This document shows, in pieces, positions 1 to 9,661 of a DNA stretch of 64,000 nt. The notes under the pieces were generated by a model. The model was not told the DNA's origin. It ran no database searches and worked only from the letters and a program-made list of their open reading frames with translations. Origin of the DNA: Candidatus Bathyarchaeota archaeon (GTDB lineage Archaea; Thermoproteota; Bathyarchaeia; Bathyarchaeales; Bathycorpusculaceae). A program made the translations under genes and the position numbers. Each line of letters starts with the position of its first letter. The stretch's first letter is position 1. The stretch covers positions 2,400,001 through 2,464,000 of the forward strand of contig OY970340.1 in NCBI GenBank assembly GCA_963717465.1, given 5' to 3'.

Positions 1-1476
1 AGTAAATTGTCCTTTGTTCCTTGGGGCTGCTATTCCGCTTTCAGCGCACCATAGGCCAACTTTTGACCATAGCTCTTTTTCTGGAATGAATTGGTTTTCT
101 TCATAGCGTAAGTTTGATTCTATGAATGCTTGTGCTGGATTTGAGTTTTTAACGTATTTTTCTCGATTTTCTTCTATGTTCTCGTTCGCGCTAAAGCAAC
201 CATTTTCTAATAATCGTTTTCTTCCTTCTAAAGCCCAATTAAGGAACCCTGACATTTCCTCTTCGTTTTCAGCCAGTTTATCAGCTAATCTTTTGATTTC
301 ATTTACGCCTGGTATAAACTGCTTGTTGAAAGCGATTAGATTTTGCCTACGGTACCAGGCGTCAGTGTCATCGTCACTGGGTGGCAGCTGGTTGCAACTA
401 TAGAATTGTTTAGGCAGGTCATCAGGGTTTGCTGTGAAAGGTTGACCATACTTATTCTGCATTGTCATGGGATCATCCCCTGACATCATTTTTGCGTTGC
501 CAGTTGCAGAGATTTTTGTTTGTGGAATATCTCGACCTAAATTGACTAGTTTTCTGTAGCAGGTTGCTCTCTCGTATTTGTCATTGCATAATGCTTGAAG
601 TGTAACATTTGATACGTTTTCGGGTCCTACGAGATAGGTTATTAACGTTAAAACTTGGCCTTTTCCATTGCCGCCTCCTCCAATAAAAATTGTTATTTTA
701 TGAAACAACATTCCACGGATGAATATGTTTCCTATCGCTTCCTGGAGTAACGGAAGTTGTTTCTCTCCTACGATTTCAGTGAAGGCTTTAAGAATTTGAG
801 GGCATTTAGCATTAGGGTTAAATTTATGGGGTATTTTGATTGTAGTATATTCGTTCGGTGTTGGATTTATCAGAATGTTTTTCTCTAAATGCAAAAAACC
901 ATTTTTAACGCCTACGACAGCGTTGCTTGGTTTTATTTCTTCTAAAGTTATGCTTTTCAAGCAATGAAGCGTATTTTCATACAAAGCCTTAGTGTTGCGA
1001 TCACCTATGATTTTTGGCAGTAATTCCTGTAAATAAGTATCACCATCATTGCGCCAAATTCTTCTTTCGGCATCATACCTGCTTAATTTCCCTGTATCTC
1101 GATCAGTTTTGAAAAGATAATTAACGCTGATATCATTAGCGATTTCTTGTGCCCTTAAGGGGAGCTCTTTAATGTCTTCATTTGAAGTTACAGGCATTTG
1201 AATGTAAGTTTTTGGATTAGGATTATATTTTTGTTTTAAAGGTTCGTTTATTTCTTCTTTACATTCTGGACATGCCCAAAGGTTAGGTTGTCCATTATCA
1301 GTATATCCTATAATTCGTAAAAGCTTGCCTTCTCTTGGGCATACATCAAACTCAAAATGCTCTGCCTCTTCTTCATGAAGACGATTAAGCGCTTCTTCAT
1401 GTTCAGGATTAAATTCTTTTGGCAGTCCCGTGGGGATATCGGAAACAATTGGGTTTGGTTGCGGTTGCTCTGTCAT
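1..1476 (-). CDS. Phage/plasmid D5-like (P4-family) SF3 helicase, runs off the window edge
   Basis: Manual translation (absent from ORF track): MTEQPQPNP...CPREG...CPEC...VGVKNGFLHL (D5_N-like)...FIGGGGNGKG (Walker A)...FYSCNQLP...AWYRR...SGFLNWALEG; open to base 1. Confidence 0.9.
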   Translation of the reverse strand, partial: MTEQPQPNPIVSDIPTGLPKEFNPEHEEALNRLHEEEAEHFEFDVCPREGKLLRIIGYTDNGQPNLWACPECKEEINEPLKQKYNPNPKTYIQMPVTSNEDIKELPLRAQEIANDISVNYLFKTDRDTGKLSRYDAERRIWRNDGDTYLQELLPKIIGDRNTKALYENTLHCLKSITLEEIKPSNAVVGVKNGFLHLEKNILINPTPNEYTTIKIPHKFNPNAKCPQILKAFTEIVGEKQLPLLQEAIGNIFIRGMLFHKITIFIGGGGNGKGQVLTLITYLVGPENVSNVTLQALCNDKYERATCYRKLVNLGRDIPQTKISATGNAKMMSGDDPMTMQNKYGQPFTANPDDLPKQFYSCNQLPPSDDDTDAWYRRQNLIAFNKQFIPGVNEIKRLADKLAENEEEMSGFLNWALEGRKRLLENGCFSANENIEENREKYVKNSNPAQAFIESNLRYEENQFIPEKELWSKVGLWCAESGIAAPRNKGQFT

Positions 1477-1481
1477 CACTT

Positions 1482-1976
1482 TTACGCTCCTGGGTCAAAC
1501 GCATTTACTTGCTGCAAAATCGGAGAAATTGTTTCAGAGGAGTAATTCAGAAATGTATAGTATTCTTTCGTGTCAGTGTTAGCGAAGACCCGCGAGTTAC
1601 TCAATGGTTCTCCTAGCTGCATGCGAATAAAAGCTGCAAGTCTAGCACATTCATCGAGATTTTTAGTTGTTATTTTTATTGTTGAAATTTCTTGGGTCAG
1701 GCCTTTTTGGCCGTCAGGTAAAATTCCATTTTTTCTATCTAATATTTTGTCTTTATTCATTCGTGTTCGTTTGCCTTTCCCTGCACGCGCAACGGGAACA
1801 ATATAACGCTCAAATACAGTAGGCGAACGATCAAACGCTTTATTTTCAGCTTTTTCGCCACTTAAGCTTTTTGTCTTATTCGGTACATCATTGCAATAAT
1901 GCGAGGCAGAAAAAATGGAGTTAATGCACTCCTCAAGCTTCATTTCTTCAGTGAATTTTGTTAAAGTTGATTCCAC
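1482..1976 (-). CDS. Hypothetical protein of the element
   Basis: 164-aa ORF co-oriented and tightly packed with the helicase gene. Confidence 0.6.
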   Translation of the reverse strand: MESTLTKFTEEMKLEECINSIFSASHYCNDVPNKTKSLSGEKAENKAFDRSPTVFERYIVPVARAGKGKRTRMNKDKILDRKNGILPDGQKGLTQEISTIKITTKNLDECARLAAFIRMQLGEPLSNSRVFANTDTKEYYTFLNYSSETISPILQQVNAFDPGA

Positions 1977-2004
1977 TTTTTAGCCGCCTCTATATTTCTT
2001 CATA

Positions 2005-4608
2005 TCAGGGCAGATTAGCGAACCAAGTGTTTCCTTGGCGTGCTGTAACTTCAAGTGCTGTCAATCTGTCTCTTAGAGCTCTACTGATTGCTGCCCCGCC
2101 CTGGTCTTTGCCGTAACTCCAAAGTTGAGTTTGATACTTCTGAGCTACCGGAACAAGATCTACTTCTACACGGTGAAGCCAGCCACTTTCAGGCGTTTCA
2201 CGATCAAGTATGTGATGGATTTTTACAAAACGGTAATTCGGCGATGTGCTTGATATGCCCCATTTGTCAACGTTCAAAGTCACTGAAGCGCCAGGAAGCA
2301 TAGCCCAAGCGTTACTGACGAATCCGCAATCTCCAGTAGCCCAAAGAGTTATTTTTTCAAGCGGCGCTTTCCTTTTTTGGTAAATGCTGTTTGCGTATGC
2401 TGATGCTTCAAAGAAGGCTCCGAAATCACTTTTAGTAATTGGTAATTGACGTTTACCAAAACCATTCGGGTAAGTTACGCCGTTAATAGTGTATGGTGAA
2501 TTAATGTTTGTAGGGTCAGGGTCAGAGGGAGATTGATTTGCCCAATATGCGACGGCTACAGGCTGCACGTTAGGAATCTGCAAGTTATCAATTAAGACAT
2601 ACTGCAATGTTGGATTGGAAGGTTCATCAAATGTGAAACGAATCGCCGTTATTTTCCATGAAAAGCCTGAGCCTTCAAGTTGAACCCATTTTGGATAGCT
2701 CCCCACTGGATTAATAAGTTGAGTTGGGCCACATGGAACACTTATACTATTCCATGCCGCGCCATCCGTAAGAAGATTAGGAAGATTAGGCGTGTAACCG
2801 ATCCAGTTTCCAGCATCATCCTTAAGGCTTAACCACCATTGAAAATGATCGTTTGGTGTTGTATCATGGGCAAAGAGGTCAAAAGTTATGTTTACAGGCA
2901 GTGTCAGTTGAGAATAGTCAATTTTGTTTATTCCGTAAAGTGGAAAGTTTAATTGGCCGCCGGCAAATGTTCCGTTACTTTCAGGGCATTCAATTGATGC
3001 TACTCCTGCAGAGGGAGCTATTGGCGAAGACTGCTCATAATCTATTGGTTGATTGCTTGTTGTCTGAGAGCCTCCACTTGGGTTAACTGTGTCAACGAGA
3101 CTGCAGGTTGCCCAGACTGAAGCATTCTGTTCTGTAAAAAGGTCGTCGCTGCTTAAGTCTAGCAAAACAATAATGTAGTTTCGCAGGTCTAAAGCGTCAG
3201 CGTAAGCGCGTTCAGCATATTTGATAAGATTGTTGCTTGAGTTTCCAAATATGCAGTTAAGTTGAATTCCGCTTGCTTGCTGGTTGCCTGAGCCATCATG
3301 AGGGAACATGTGGAAAACGCCGTTAGAATCAACGTAACCGCTGTAATCAATCAAATCAAAGATGTCTCGAATGCAATCTGTGAGGTATTTTCCTTCAGGT
3401 TCATAAAGAATTTGGGGCGCTGTTGAAGGCGAAGTAAAAGAGACGGCGGCGCCTGATTGAGAAAACAATGTTGCTATTAAATCATCAGCTTTTACTTGTG
3501 CTTGTGAAAGTACTGTTCCATTGATTACGTTTTGAAGAGTTTGAGCGCGATCTCTTCCTCTATATTCAGCTAAAGATAAGCATTCATGCTGTTCATCTTC
3601 CATTAGGATACAGATGGGTTGGTCGACGTAGCCAGACATTAAAGGCGCATTATTCTTGCTGATTTGTATTGGAGCGTTTGGGTTTCCACCGAAAACGTTA
3701 GCTCCATTAAAAAAGTTAACTAGGAAACGTCCAGTTATGTCAGTTTCGCTTAGCCACAACTCGATATGCTGAATAAGACTGCTATAATCGGTGCCGCCAA
3801 TAAGTACCTGAGTTGAAGCGTTGTATGCTAAAAATATGGCTTCAAGAGTATGCGTTTGGCCATTGCCACTATACTGAATCACGTAAGGATTAGTTGAACC
3901 GACATTTACGCTATCAAGCAACCAATAATTAAGAAAGTAACCTGGGTTTGGCGTGGTAGTCACGTTAGTATTTGAAGAGATAGTTTGTGTTCCTGAAGGC
4001 GAAACAGAACCGTTTTGGCTTGCAGAAATCGTATATGTGTCAGGTGTAGGAGATGCATCGGCTATGCCGTAGAGTTGAAACCAAAAAGAGGCAAAATTGC
4101 CTGAAGTAGTTTCAGAGCAAGTGTAAGGTGCCCAATTTGATGTTAATGCTGATGCGTTTCCACTATACGCGGCGTTAGCGTCAGCCGACCAAGCCGCATT
4201 ATTTCCTGAGAGGGCAGTGCACTCTATAACAAGAATGTACTTTTTAGCTGCAGCATAAACGTGTGTTCCGCTAAAAGTAAATTGCGCAGTAAATGTTTCA
4301 TCTTCCTCTGGATTAGTCACCGTTACAGGAGCGCTTGTTTCTAAAGGAGCACCTGTTGGAATCATGCTTATTCCGCTTTGCGCAGAAGCTTCATACATGA
4401 CAGCCTTAAGGGTAGCTGAGCCACCACCGTTTTGTGGAGCAATATATAATCGGATGATAACGCGAGTTAACTTATACCAGTTTGGCGGTGCACTTCCCAT
4501 AGGGAGGGCTTGCCCATTTGCGCTACCGCTCGCTGGATAAACCGCACTAAAACCGTTACCGCAATTGTAATTTCCAGTAGTGTAACTTGTAATTAAAACC
4601 TCACTCAT
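2005..4608 (-). CDS. Putative virion tail/baseplate hub-like adsorption protein
   Basis: 867 aa, S/T/G/N-rich beta composition; InlB B-repeat-like segment (YTISASQNGSVSPSG...TPNPGYFLNYW); hub-like segment (LMSGYVD...YRGRD); internal CBM-like segment (...YVLIDNLQI). Confidence 0.65.
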   Translation of the reverse strand: MSEVLITSYTTGNYNCGNGFSAVYPASGSANGQALPMGSAPPNWYKLTRVIIRLYIAPQNGGGSATLKAVMYEASAQSGISMIPTGAPLETSAPVTVTNPEEDETFTAQFTFSGTHVYAAAKKYILVIECTALSGNNAAWSADANAAYSGNASALTSNWAPYTCSETTSGNFASFWFQLYGIADASPTPDTYTISASQNGSVSPSGTQTISSNTNVTTTPNPGYFLNYWLLDSVNVGSTNPYVIQYSGNGQTHTLEAIFLAYNASTQVLIGGTDYSSLIQHIELWLSETDITGRFLVNFFNGANVFGGNPNAPIQISKNNAPLMSGYVDQPICILMEDEQHECLSLAEYRGRDRAQTLQNVINGTVLSQAQVKADDLIATLFSQSGAAVSFTSPSTAPQILYEPEGKYLTDCIRDIFDLIDYSGYVDSNGVFHMFPHDGSGNQQASGIQLNCIFGNSSNNLIKYAERAYADALDLRNYIIVLLDLSSDDLFTEQNASVWATCSLVDTVNPSGGSQTTSNQPIDYEQSSPIAPSAGVASIECPESNGTFAGGQLNFPLYGINKIDYSQLTLPVNITFDLFAHDTTPNDHFQWWLSLKDDAGNWIGYTPNLPNLLTDGAAWNSISVPCGPTQLINPVGSYPKWVQLEGSGFSWKITAIRFTFDEPSNPTLQYVLIDNLQIPNVQPVAVAYWANQSPSDPDPTNINSPYTINGVTYPNGFGKRQLPITKSDFGAFFEASAYANSIYQKRKAPLEKITLWATGDCGFVSNAWAMLPGASVTLNVDKWGISSTSPNYRFVKIHHILDRETPESGWLHRVEVDLVPVAQKYQTQLWSYGKDQGGAAISRALRDRLTALEVTARQGNTWFANLP

Positions 4609-5000
4609 TCAGGCACCACGCTGCGATAAACGTCTCGCATTTGTTTCTGTTGTTGTCTTTCCTGAGCTTGATTCTGCAAATACTGCTGATACTTTTCCCA
4701 TTCTGCAAAAGCAACCGTGATTAAAGGCATTAAAATTGGTGCAATGATAGGCGCTAGCTCTGGCGCTAATTCTTTTATTGCTTCATGACTAAGAAAATGC
4801 GTCATTGCTTCTGGACTGCGAACAGCACGCGCTCCACGCACCACAGTTCTAGGGCTAACTCCAAAACCTGAAGGTTCCCCGCCTTCACCGCTTTCTTGAC
4901 TACCCCAATAAGCATTATACTGGCTAGGATTCCACTCTTCACTTTCACCGCCAGCTCCTTCACCGGCACCAGTTTCTGAACCGCCAAACGACGTAGCCAT
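4605..5000 (-). CDS. Hypothetical virion-associated protein (G/E-rich N-terminus, hydrophobic helix, Q-rich coil)
   Basis: ORF overlapping the start of the 867-aa gene by 4 nt. Confidence 0.6.
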   Translation of the reverse strand: MATSFGGSETGAGEGAGGESEEWNPSQYNAYWGSQESGEGGEPSGFGVSPRTVVRGARAVRSPEAMTHFLSHEAIKELAPELAPIIAPILMPLITVAFAEWEKYQQYLQNQAQERQQQKQMRDVYRSVVPE

Positions 5001-5286
5001 GCCTAGTGCCGCCTTCCTGCTTACTCCAATAAGCGTTGTATTCGCCTAACTGCTCAGCTTCTTCATCCGCTTCCAGACTGCAGCCGCAATGGTTGTGAAC
5101 GTTTGCTGCGTAAGAATCAGGGTCTTCTTGCTCTGCGTTTGGGAAAGTAGCCGGAATCGCGCTTTCATTAAACGGCTTATTATCGTACCCGATGCATTGT
5201 TCGCAGTGGTTACAATTCGTGCCTAAATGAAAAGTGAATGGGCGGTCTTGCTTCTGCAAATCCTGATTATTGTCGTTTTCGGTCAT
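4960..5286 (-). CDS. Small protein with a phage head-morphogenesis (Mu gpF/SPP1 gp7)-like Cys/His motif
   Basis: CEQCIGYDNKPF...VHNHCGCSL resembles the CxxC...HxxCxC motif of gpF-family proteins. Confidence 0.5.
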   Translation of the reverse strand: MTENDNNQDLQKQDRPFTFHLGTNCNHCEQCIGYDNKPFNESAIPATFPNAEQEDPDSYAANVHNHCGCSLEADEEAEQLGEYNAYWSKQEGGTRHGYVVWRFRNWCR

Positions 5287-5303
5287 CTCCAGTCAAAGCA
5301 CCC

Positions 5304-5459
5304 TTATTTTTTGCAATTCTTTCTACAGCCATTCACAAGGCATCCAAAAGTAGGCCCGTGGCAGTTGGGGCATTCTTCTTGAGATTTTTGAGCCTTAACT
5401 GCCTTAGTTAACTCATTGCAAACAGGAACCCAAGCTCCCGTTCCTTTATTATTTAACAT
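5304..5459 (-). CDS. Small Cys-rich protein (51 aa)
   Basis: Manual translation MLNNKGTGAWVPVC...CPNCHGPTFGCLVNGCRKNCKK; fills the gap between co-oriented ORFs. Confidence 0.45.
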   Translation of the reverse strand: MLNNKGTGAWVPVCNELTKAVKAQKSQEECPNCHGPTFGCLVNGCRKNCKK

Positions 5460-5862
5460 TTAGGGCCTCCTTGGAGCTGGAAGATTTAGCTTGTTCTTTA
5501 TTTTTGAAATAGACCTTTCCATCTTTAAGATAAATCCTTCCTAACGGATCCCAGGCACCGTTAAGTTTGATATTGCCCGTAATAAGCGGGTTCTCTATTA
5601 CCATTTTATCGGTTAATCCTTCAACGGTAAACGTAACTTTTGCTGTCTGACCAACTAGTAGATGGGTTCTGTCGCATTCGATTTTTAGGGGAGCGTTACT
5701 TTCGTTAATAAACCGAATCTTGAAAATGTCGATGTCCGACTCATTACGGATATAATAGTTTTCTTGCATTTGCTCGAAGCATATTACAAAAAGAGGATGC
5801 GAATCGCTGACGGGATCCTTGTAGGCGCTATCATGATACCAGCCAATTTTTGGCGTACTCAT
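5449..5862 (-). CDS. Hypothetical protein, Ig-like beta pattern
   Basis: 137-aa ORF in the same operon. Confidence 0.55.
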   Translation of the reverse strand: MSTPKIGWYHDSAYKDPVSDSHPLFVICFEQMQENYYIRNESDIDIFKIRFINESNAPLKIECDRTHLLVGQTAKVTFTVEGLTDKMVIENPLITGNIKLNGAWDPLGRIYLKDGKVYFKNKEQAKSSSSKEALNVK

Positions 5863-5966
5863 GATTTTTTAACCTCTTTTTTAACTTTAGCTTTTAAGTG
5901 TATTTCATCTTTGAATTGTTTCATGCTAGATCGCCTTCGATCGGTGCCTTGTTGTTTATTGGACAC

Positions 5967-6161
5967 TTAGGTTAACCCCGGCTCGTTTTTGAGTCCATTC
6001 AAATCTTTTTGGGCATTTTCCTTTTGAAAGAAGTCATTAAGCGCTGAACGAATTAGCTTGCCCCTGTTTGGAAACTTGCCTTTTGAAACAAGTTCGTCGA
6101 TTTTCTGTTTTTCCATTGTTGAGAGCTTAAAACTCAACATTTCAGGGTATTCGGGTATCAT
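5967..6161 (-). CDS. Ribbon-helix-helix (CopG-like) regulator
   Basis: MLSFKL...IDELVSKGKFPNRGKLIRSAL fits the RHH pattern. Confidence 0.8.
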   Translation of the reverse strand: MIPEYPEMLSFKLSTMEKQKIDELVSKGKFPNRGKLIRSALNDFFQKENAQKDLNGLKNEPGLT

Positions 6162-6251
6162 TTTTCGTTATCACTGAGAAGTGTTTATATACAGATCTGC
6201 TATATAACCCTTATAACACGGATAGTAAACATAGAGAGTGGATAGTTAAAA
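6162..6251. promoter_or_regulatory. Divergent promoter region with back-to-back TATA boxes
   Basis: Near-palindrome TTATATA-CAGATCTG-C-TATATAA (~6185-6207) and two GGATAGT copies between divergent regulator genes. Confidence 0.5.
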
Positions 6252-7103
6252 ATGAGTGAAATGGAAAATAAAACTGAAGCTACCAAAAAATCGGAAAGAA
6301 TTGACGCCATATTAAGCGTGATAGCTGAGAGTCCTGATCCGATAAGTCCTTCTGCAATGCAAGTTAAACTAGATGCAGCCTACTCCAGAGTACATGAAGC
6401 CTTTATCGAGGTGCATCGACAAGGATTGATACAAAAAGCAACTGTGAAATCCAAAAAAAACATGCCGAAAACAGTCTATAGTTTAACCTTTAAAGGAGCC
6501 CTCAAATACCTATCGACATTTACATTAACTCCTAATACACTAATGGATATATTCGAATTCGAGAAAAAAGAAGATGAAGCAAAAGCCCTCTTAATGATTG
6601 AAAAAATAGGCATACTTTTGAATTATCCACTTTTCAAAGAAATCAAATGGCTGTATTCTCGTTACAGTAGCGTGGTTGCATATTTTATCGATGTATCAAG
6701 AGGCCTACTTCGCGGACCTTTAGTAGGTGAAGCGGCTAAGGCTGAAATTGTAAGTAGACCTAACAGTAAGGTACCCGACGCTTATTTTTCGTATGGAGGT
6801 TATCTGCGTAGAATTGAAGAGGATGAAGCAAAGGAATTAGTTAAGACATTAGGTTCAGATCCAAAAAGAATAAATCAATTACGAGCTGAGGAAAACGCTA
6901 TGTTAATGTTTAATTTTGCCGAGTTTTTTTTCATTAATGGGGTACCCTATCAGGGAATTGACAATTCTAATATAGATTTTTCTAACGTTGCTCTTAGTTC
7001 ATTTGCTAAAGAAATTCTCAAAGACAATTTATGGAAAATACACGCATTGGAGCGAGCTGTAAAAGTGTTCTCTGGCCAGAAGGGAGCAGATAAAACAAAA
7101 TAA
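6252..7103 (+). CDS. Winged-helix domain protein, probable regulator
   Basis: N-terminal wHTH (...GLIQK...VYSLTFKGAL); divergent from the RHH gene. Confidence 0.7.
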   Translation: MSEMENKTEATKKSERIDAILSVIAESPDPISPSAMQVKLDAAYSRVHEAFIEVHRQGLIQKATVKSKKNMPKTVYSLTFKGALKYLSTFTLTPNTLMDIFEFEKKEDEAKALLMIEKIGILLNYPLFKEIKWLYSRYSSVVAYFIDVSRGLLRGPLVGEAAKAEIVSRPNSKVPDAYFSYGGYLRRIEEDEAKELVKTLGSDPKRINQLRAEENAMLMFNFAEFFFINGVPYQGIDNSNIDFSNVALSSFAKEILKDNLWKIHALERAVKVFSGQKGADKTK

Positions 7104-7474
7104 GAGAAGAATTAAGAACTGAACTGCAACGTGAACTGGGAGGCAAGAAAGATGTGTGAAGATTCCGAAACTATTGAAAATAATCAGTTGAAGTTAATAG
7201 CAAGTTGAAAAACTTAGGCATTAGGGATATTAAGTTTGATGAAAAAATGAAAGCACCAGGAGAGATAGTAGGTCTAGACCCCAAGTTTATAGACCCATTT
7301 AAAGCATTGGAAAGTATTATCAAAGATTTAGCTGATGAATTAGCAAAGGCAAAGACAGACCTTTGGCTTTTAAAACAGAAATAATAGCATTCATGAAACA
7401 TAAACCAAAAAGAGAGGCTATTTTGCTCAACTATTTGAGCAGAAGCATGATGGTGATTAGTAAAAAAGCATAAG

Positions 7475-7735
7475 CTAACTCTTTTTTATTGGTTTAAAAA
7501 TTATTGTTTTTCCATCTGTTTCTTTCAGTTCTAGCCCATTTTTAATAATGAACCATTGAAGGCATATTTTGTTTGATTGGTTTAGGTATGTTTTAAGGTG
7601 AATTTGATAGCCATGCGATAAGATGTTATCGGAACCAGAGGGCATAAGCGCTAAATAATTTCCATCAACAGAAGTGCATTTATTCAAAATTTCCTTCAAT
7701 AAGTTAACTGCATCTTCTCGCTTCAGAAAAGTCAC
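7475..7735 (-). CDS. Hypothetical protein
   Basis: 86-aa ORF with natural composition. Confidence 0.6.
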   Translation of the reverse strand: MTFLKREDAVNLLKEILNKCTSVDGNYLALMPSGSDNILSHGYQIHLKTYLNQSNKICLQWFIIKNGLELKETDGKTIIFKPIKKS

Positions 7736-7746
7736 TATTAAAATAA

Positions 7747-8145
7747 ATGTTGATGCTTGTAAAATCCTTTGCTGAAGAATTTAAAGCAAACTTGGAAGCT
7801 TCGAAAGTTTTTTTAGTCCAGACAACCCCTAATATTTCAGAGGGCTTATCCTTTGGATGCTTTAGTTATTTGGCGAAAACCTGTTACTTGCGGTTTCTGT
7901 GGGAATCCTGCCCTAGATCCGGGGCTCAAGGGTACCTGGATTTAGCAGCTGGAACGCGAATATTTTGTCCTCACTGCAGCGTTTATGGACCTTACGAGAA
8001 AGAGTATGCGTCTTCTTTCACGGTTCCCTATCAGTACGGCGTTTTCTTCGTTAAAGATAAGGACGGCCGAGAGCACCAAGAGCAAAGAAAAATCTATAAT
8101 GCAAGAGCGCAGGAATTACTCGCGGCAACTCTTCAAACACGTTAA
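7747..8145 (+). CDS. Hypothetical protein with CxxC (start uncertain)
   Basis: FCPHC motif in a 132-aa ORF. Confidence 0.4.
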   Translation: MLMLVKSFAEEFKANLEASKVFLVQTTPNISEGLSFGCFSYLAKTCYLRFLWESCPRSGAQGYLDLAAGTRIFCPHCSVYGPYEKEYASSFTVPYQYGVFFVKDKDGREHQEQRKIYNARAQELLAATLQTR

Positions 8146-8224
8146 CCCTCCATTCATGACAAGCATTTTTTTAGTGGAAAAGCTAGGTTTTTTAATATAA
8201 AAAAGGTGACTTATAGAAAGTCAC

Positions 8225-8596
8225 TTACTGGGTTTTCTCTGTTGCTTTTGCTTCTGATGTTTGAGCGCTTCTATTTAATATGTACAAGGCATTCTTTGAG
8301 TCCGAGCTAAGTTCAATAACGTCTTTGCTAAAAATCCAGCTTTGAAGTCTCGCTACGTCTCTCGGATGGATTCTTGCTTTGATAACTGATTCTTGAGGCA
8401 TGCACCATTTTAAGCCAGGATAGAAAAGGTCTTTATGGCGTGCTTTGTCAATTTGAGCATTCAATAAGTGCGCGGCCATTTCGTTTGGTGTTTCATTGTA
8501 CTCTTTGCTGATTGCTTCGATTTCTAAATAAACGGTTTCTGGAATTGAGATTTGAACAGTTTTCTTGTTAACTGATTCCTGAGCCAATTTTCTCAC
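8225..8596 (-). CDS. Hypothetical protein with RHH-like N-terminus
   Basis: VQISIPETVYLEIEAISKE; SD-like GGAGG overlapping the GTG start. Confidence 0.6.
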   Translation of the reverse strand: MRKLAQESVNKKTVQISIPETVYLEIEAISKEYNETPNEMAAHLLNAQIDKARHKDLFYPGLKWCMPQESVIKARIHPRDVARLQSWIFSKDVIELSSDSKNALYILNRSAQTSEAKATEKTQ

Positions 8597-8635
8597 CTCC
8601 TTTTGATCTTGCTTTTAGGGCTAATTTTGCGGTTT

Positions 8636-8992
8636 TCACATAGTAACCTCAGTAAGAATCTTAAATTTTGTTATCCATGACCCAACGCTGACATAACGTT
8701 CCACACCTGGTTCGGAAAGAAATTCTTTCAATGCTCCGTGCAAATATTGAGCCTCTTCGTAAATCATCTGGCGGGCTAAGTCTTCAATAGACATGTCAGA
8801 ACCGAAGAAAGCTAAATATTCCTTCAAAAAGCGTAGTGTATCTTTGTCGATTGAAGTATTTACTGGAACCATGTCGTTAGTCGTTGCTGTTTGGCTTTTG
8901 TTTTCATTTTCACTCAACAGTTCACCCCCTTCATTACTTCTTTTTTTGCCTGTAGATTTTATCTTCGCCAAAAAGCCAGTAAGTATAAACAT
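8636..8992 (-). CDS. Hypothetical protein, RHH-like (true start probably ~8917)
   Basis: VNTSIDKDTLRFLKEY; GGGGTGA upstream of TTG at 8917. Confidence 0.55.
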   Translation of the reverse strand: MFILTGFLAKIKSTGKKRSNEGGELLSENENKSQTATTNDMVPVNTSIDKDTLRFLKEYLAFFGSDMSIEDLARQMIYEEAQYLHGALKEFLSEPGVERYVSVGSWITKFKILTEVTM

Positions 8993-9338
8993 AGTTTAAA
9001 CCTTGATAGCGATCCCGAATGTTACAATCAGCTTTCCTGAGTTCGTCATACGCTGTTGAAAACTTTGCCTGGTCATTGTCTTGCTTTACTGCCAACTCAA
9101 AGGTACCAATCTTAGTGCCTTCCTGAATTTGCCATTTCAAAGCGTTAAAGGCGATTTCTTGCAATTCAGCGTCTTGTTTATGAGCGCTCCCGGCTTTTCG
9201 GCTATCCTGCAGACCCTTAGCCTGGCCAATCTTGTCTAAGAGTTCATCGATTGCTTCAATTTTAGCTTGGCACGTGTTACGCTCAATGAGTAACATTTGG
9301 ACTTCAAAATCTGAAAAATTATATTTCTCGGCTATCAA
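8934..9338 (-). CDS. Hypothetical protein of the element
   Basis: 134-aa ORF in the co-oriented cluster. Confidence 0.65.
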   Translation of the reverse strand: MIAEKYNFSDFEVQMLLIERNTCQAKIEAIDELLDKIGQAKGLQDSRKAGSAHKQDAELQEIAFNALKWQIQEGTKIGTFELAVKQDNDQAKFSTAYDELRKADCNIRDRYQGLNYVYTYWLFGEDKIYRQKKK

Positions 9339-9341
9339 ACC

Positions 9342-9458
9342 TTAAGCCTCCACTTTATTTTTTTGTTCAAATCGTTTCCTACAGTCTAAATGGTGCTGGC
9401 AGGACAGCATCAACTCAGCCTCGCAATTATACGATCCAAAACAGGAAGGGGTTTTCAT
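9342..9458 (-). CDS. Small Cys/His-rich protein (38 aa)
   Basis: Manual translation MKTPSCFGSYNCEAELMLSCQHHLDCRKRF...; fills the gap between co-oriented ORFs. Confidence 0.4.
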   Translation of the reverse strand: MKTPSCFGSYNCEAELMLSCQHHLDCRKRFEQKNKVEA

Positions 9459-9460
9459 TT

Positions 9461-9643
9461 TTAGAGCGCCTTTATTTTTTTCTTCCTCTTAGTTTTGACG
9501 GCTAACGGATAATATTCTAAGAAACGATTCCTGAAAGCGGCTTTTGCAAAGTCTTCTATGGTTTCGGTTGCCCAGGGCAATTGCTCTTTTATGAACTCAT
9601 AGCTTTTTATGGTTTCTGGCGATACTTCAAAGGTTACTTTCAT
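9461..9643 (-). CDS. Small RHH-like protein
   Basis: MKVTFEVSPET...IEDFAKAA; GGAGGTGA SD upstream. Confidence 0.6.
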   Translation of the reverse strand: MKVTFEVSPETIKSYEFIKEQLPWATETIEDFAKAAFRNRFLEYYPLAVKTKRKKKIKAL

Positions 9644-9661
9644 GCTGTTTTCACCTCCTGG

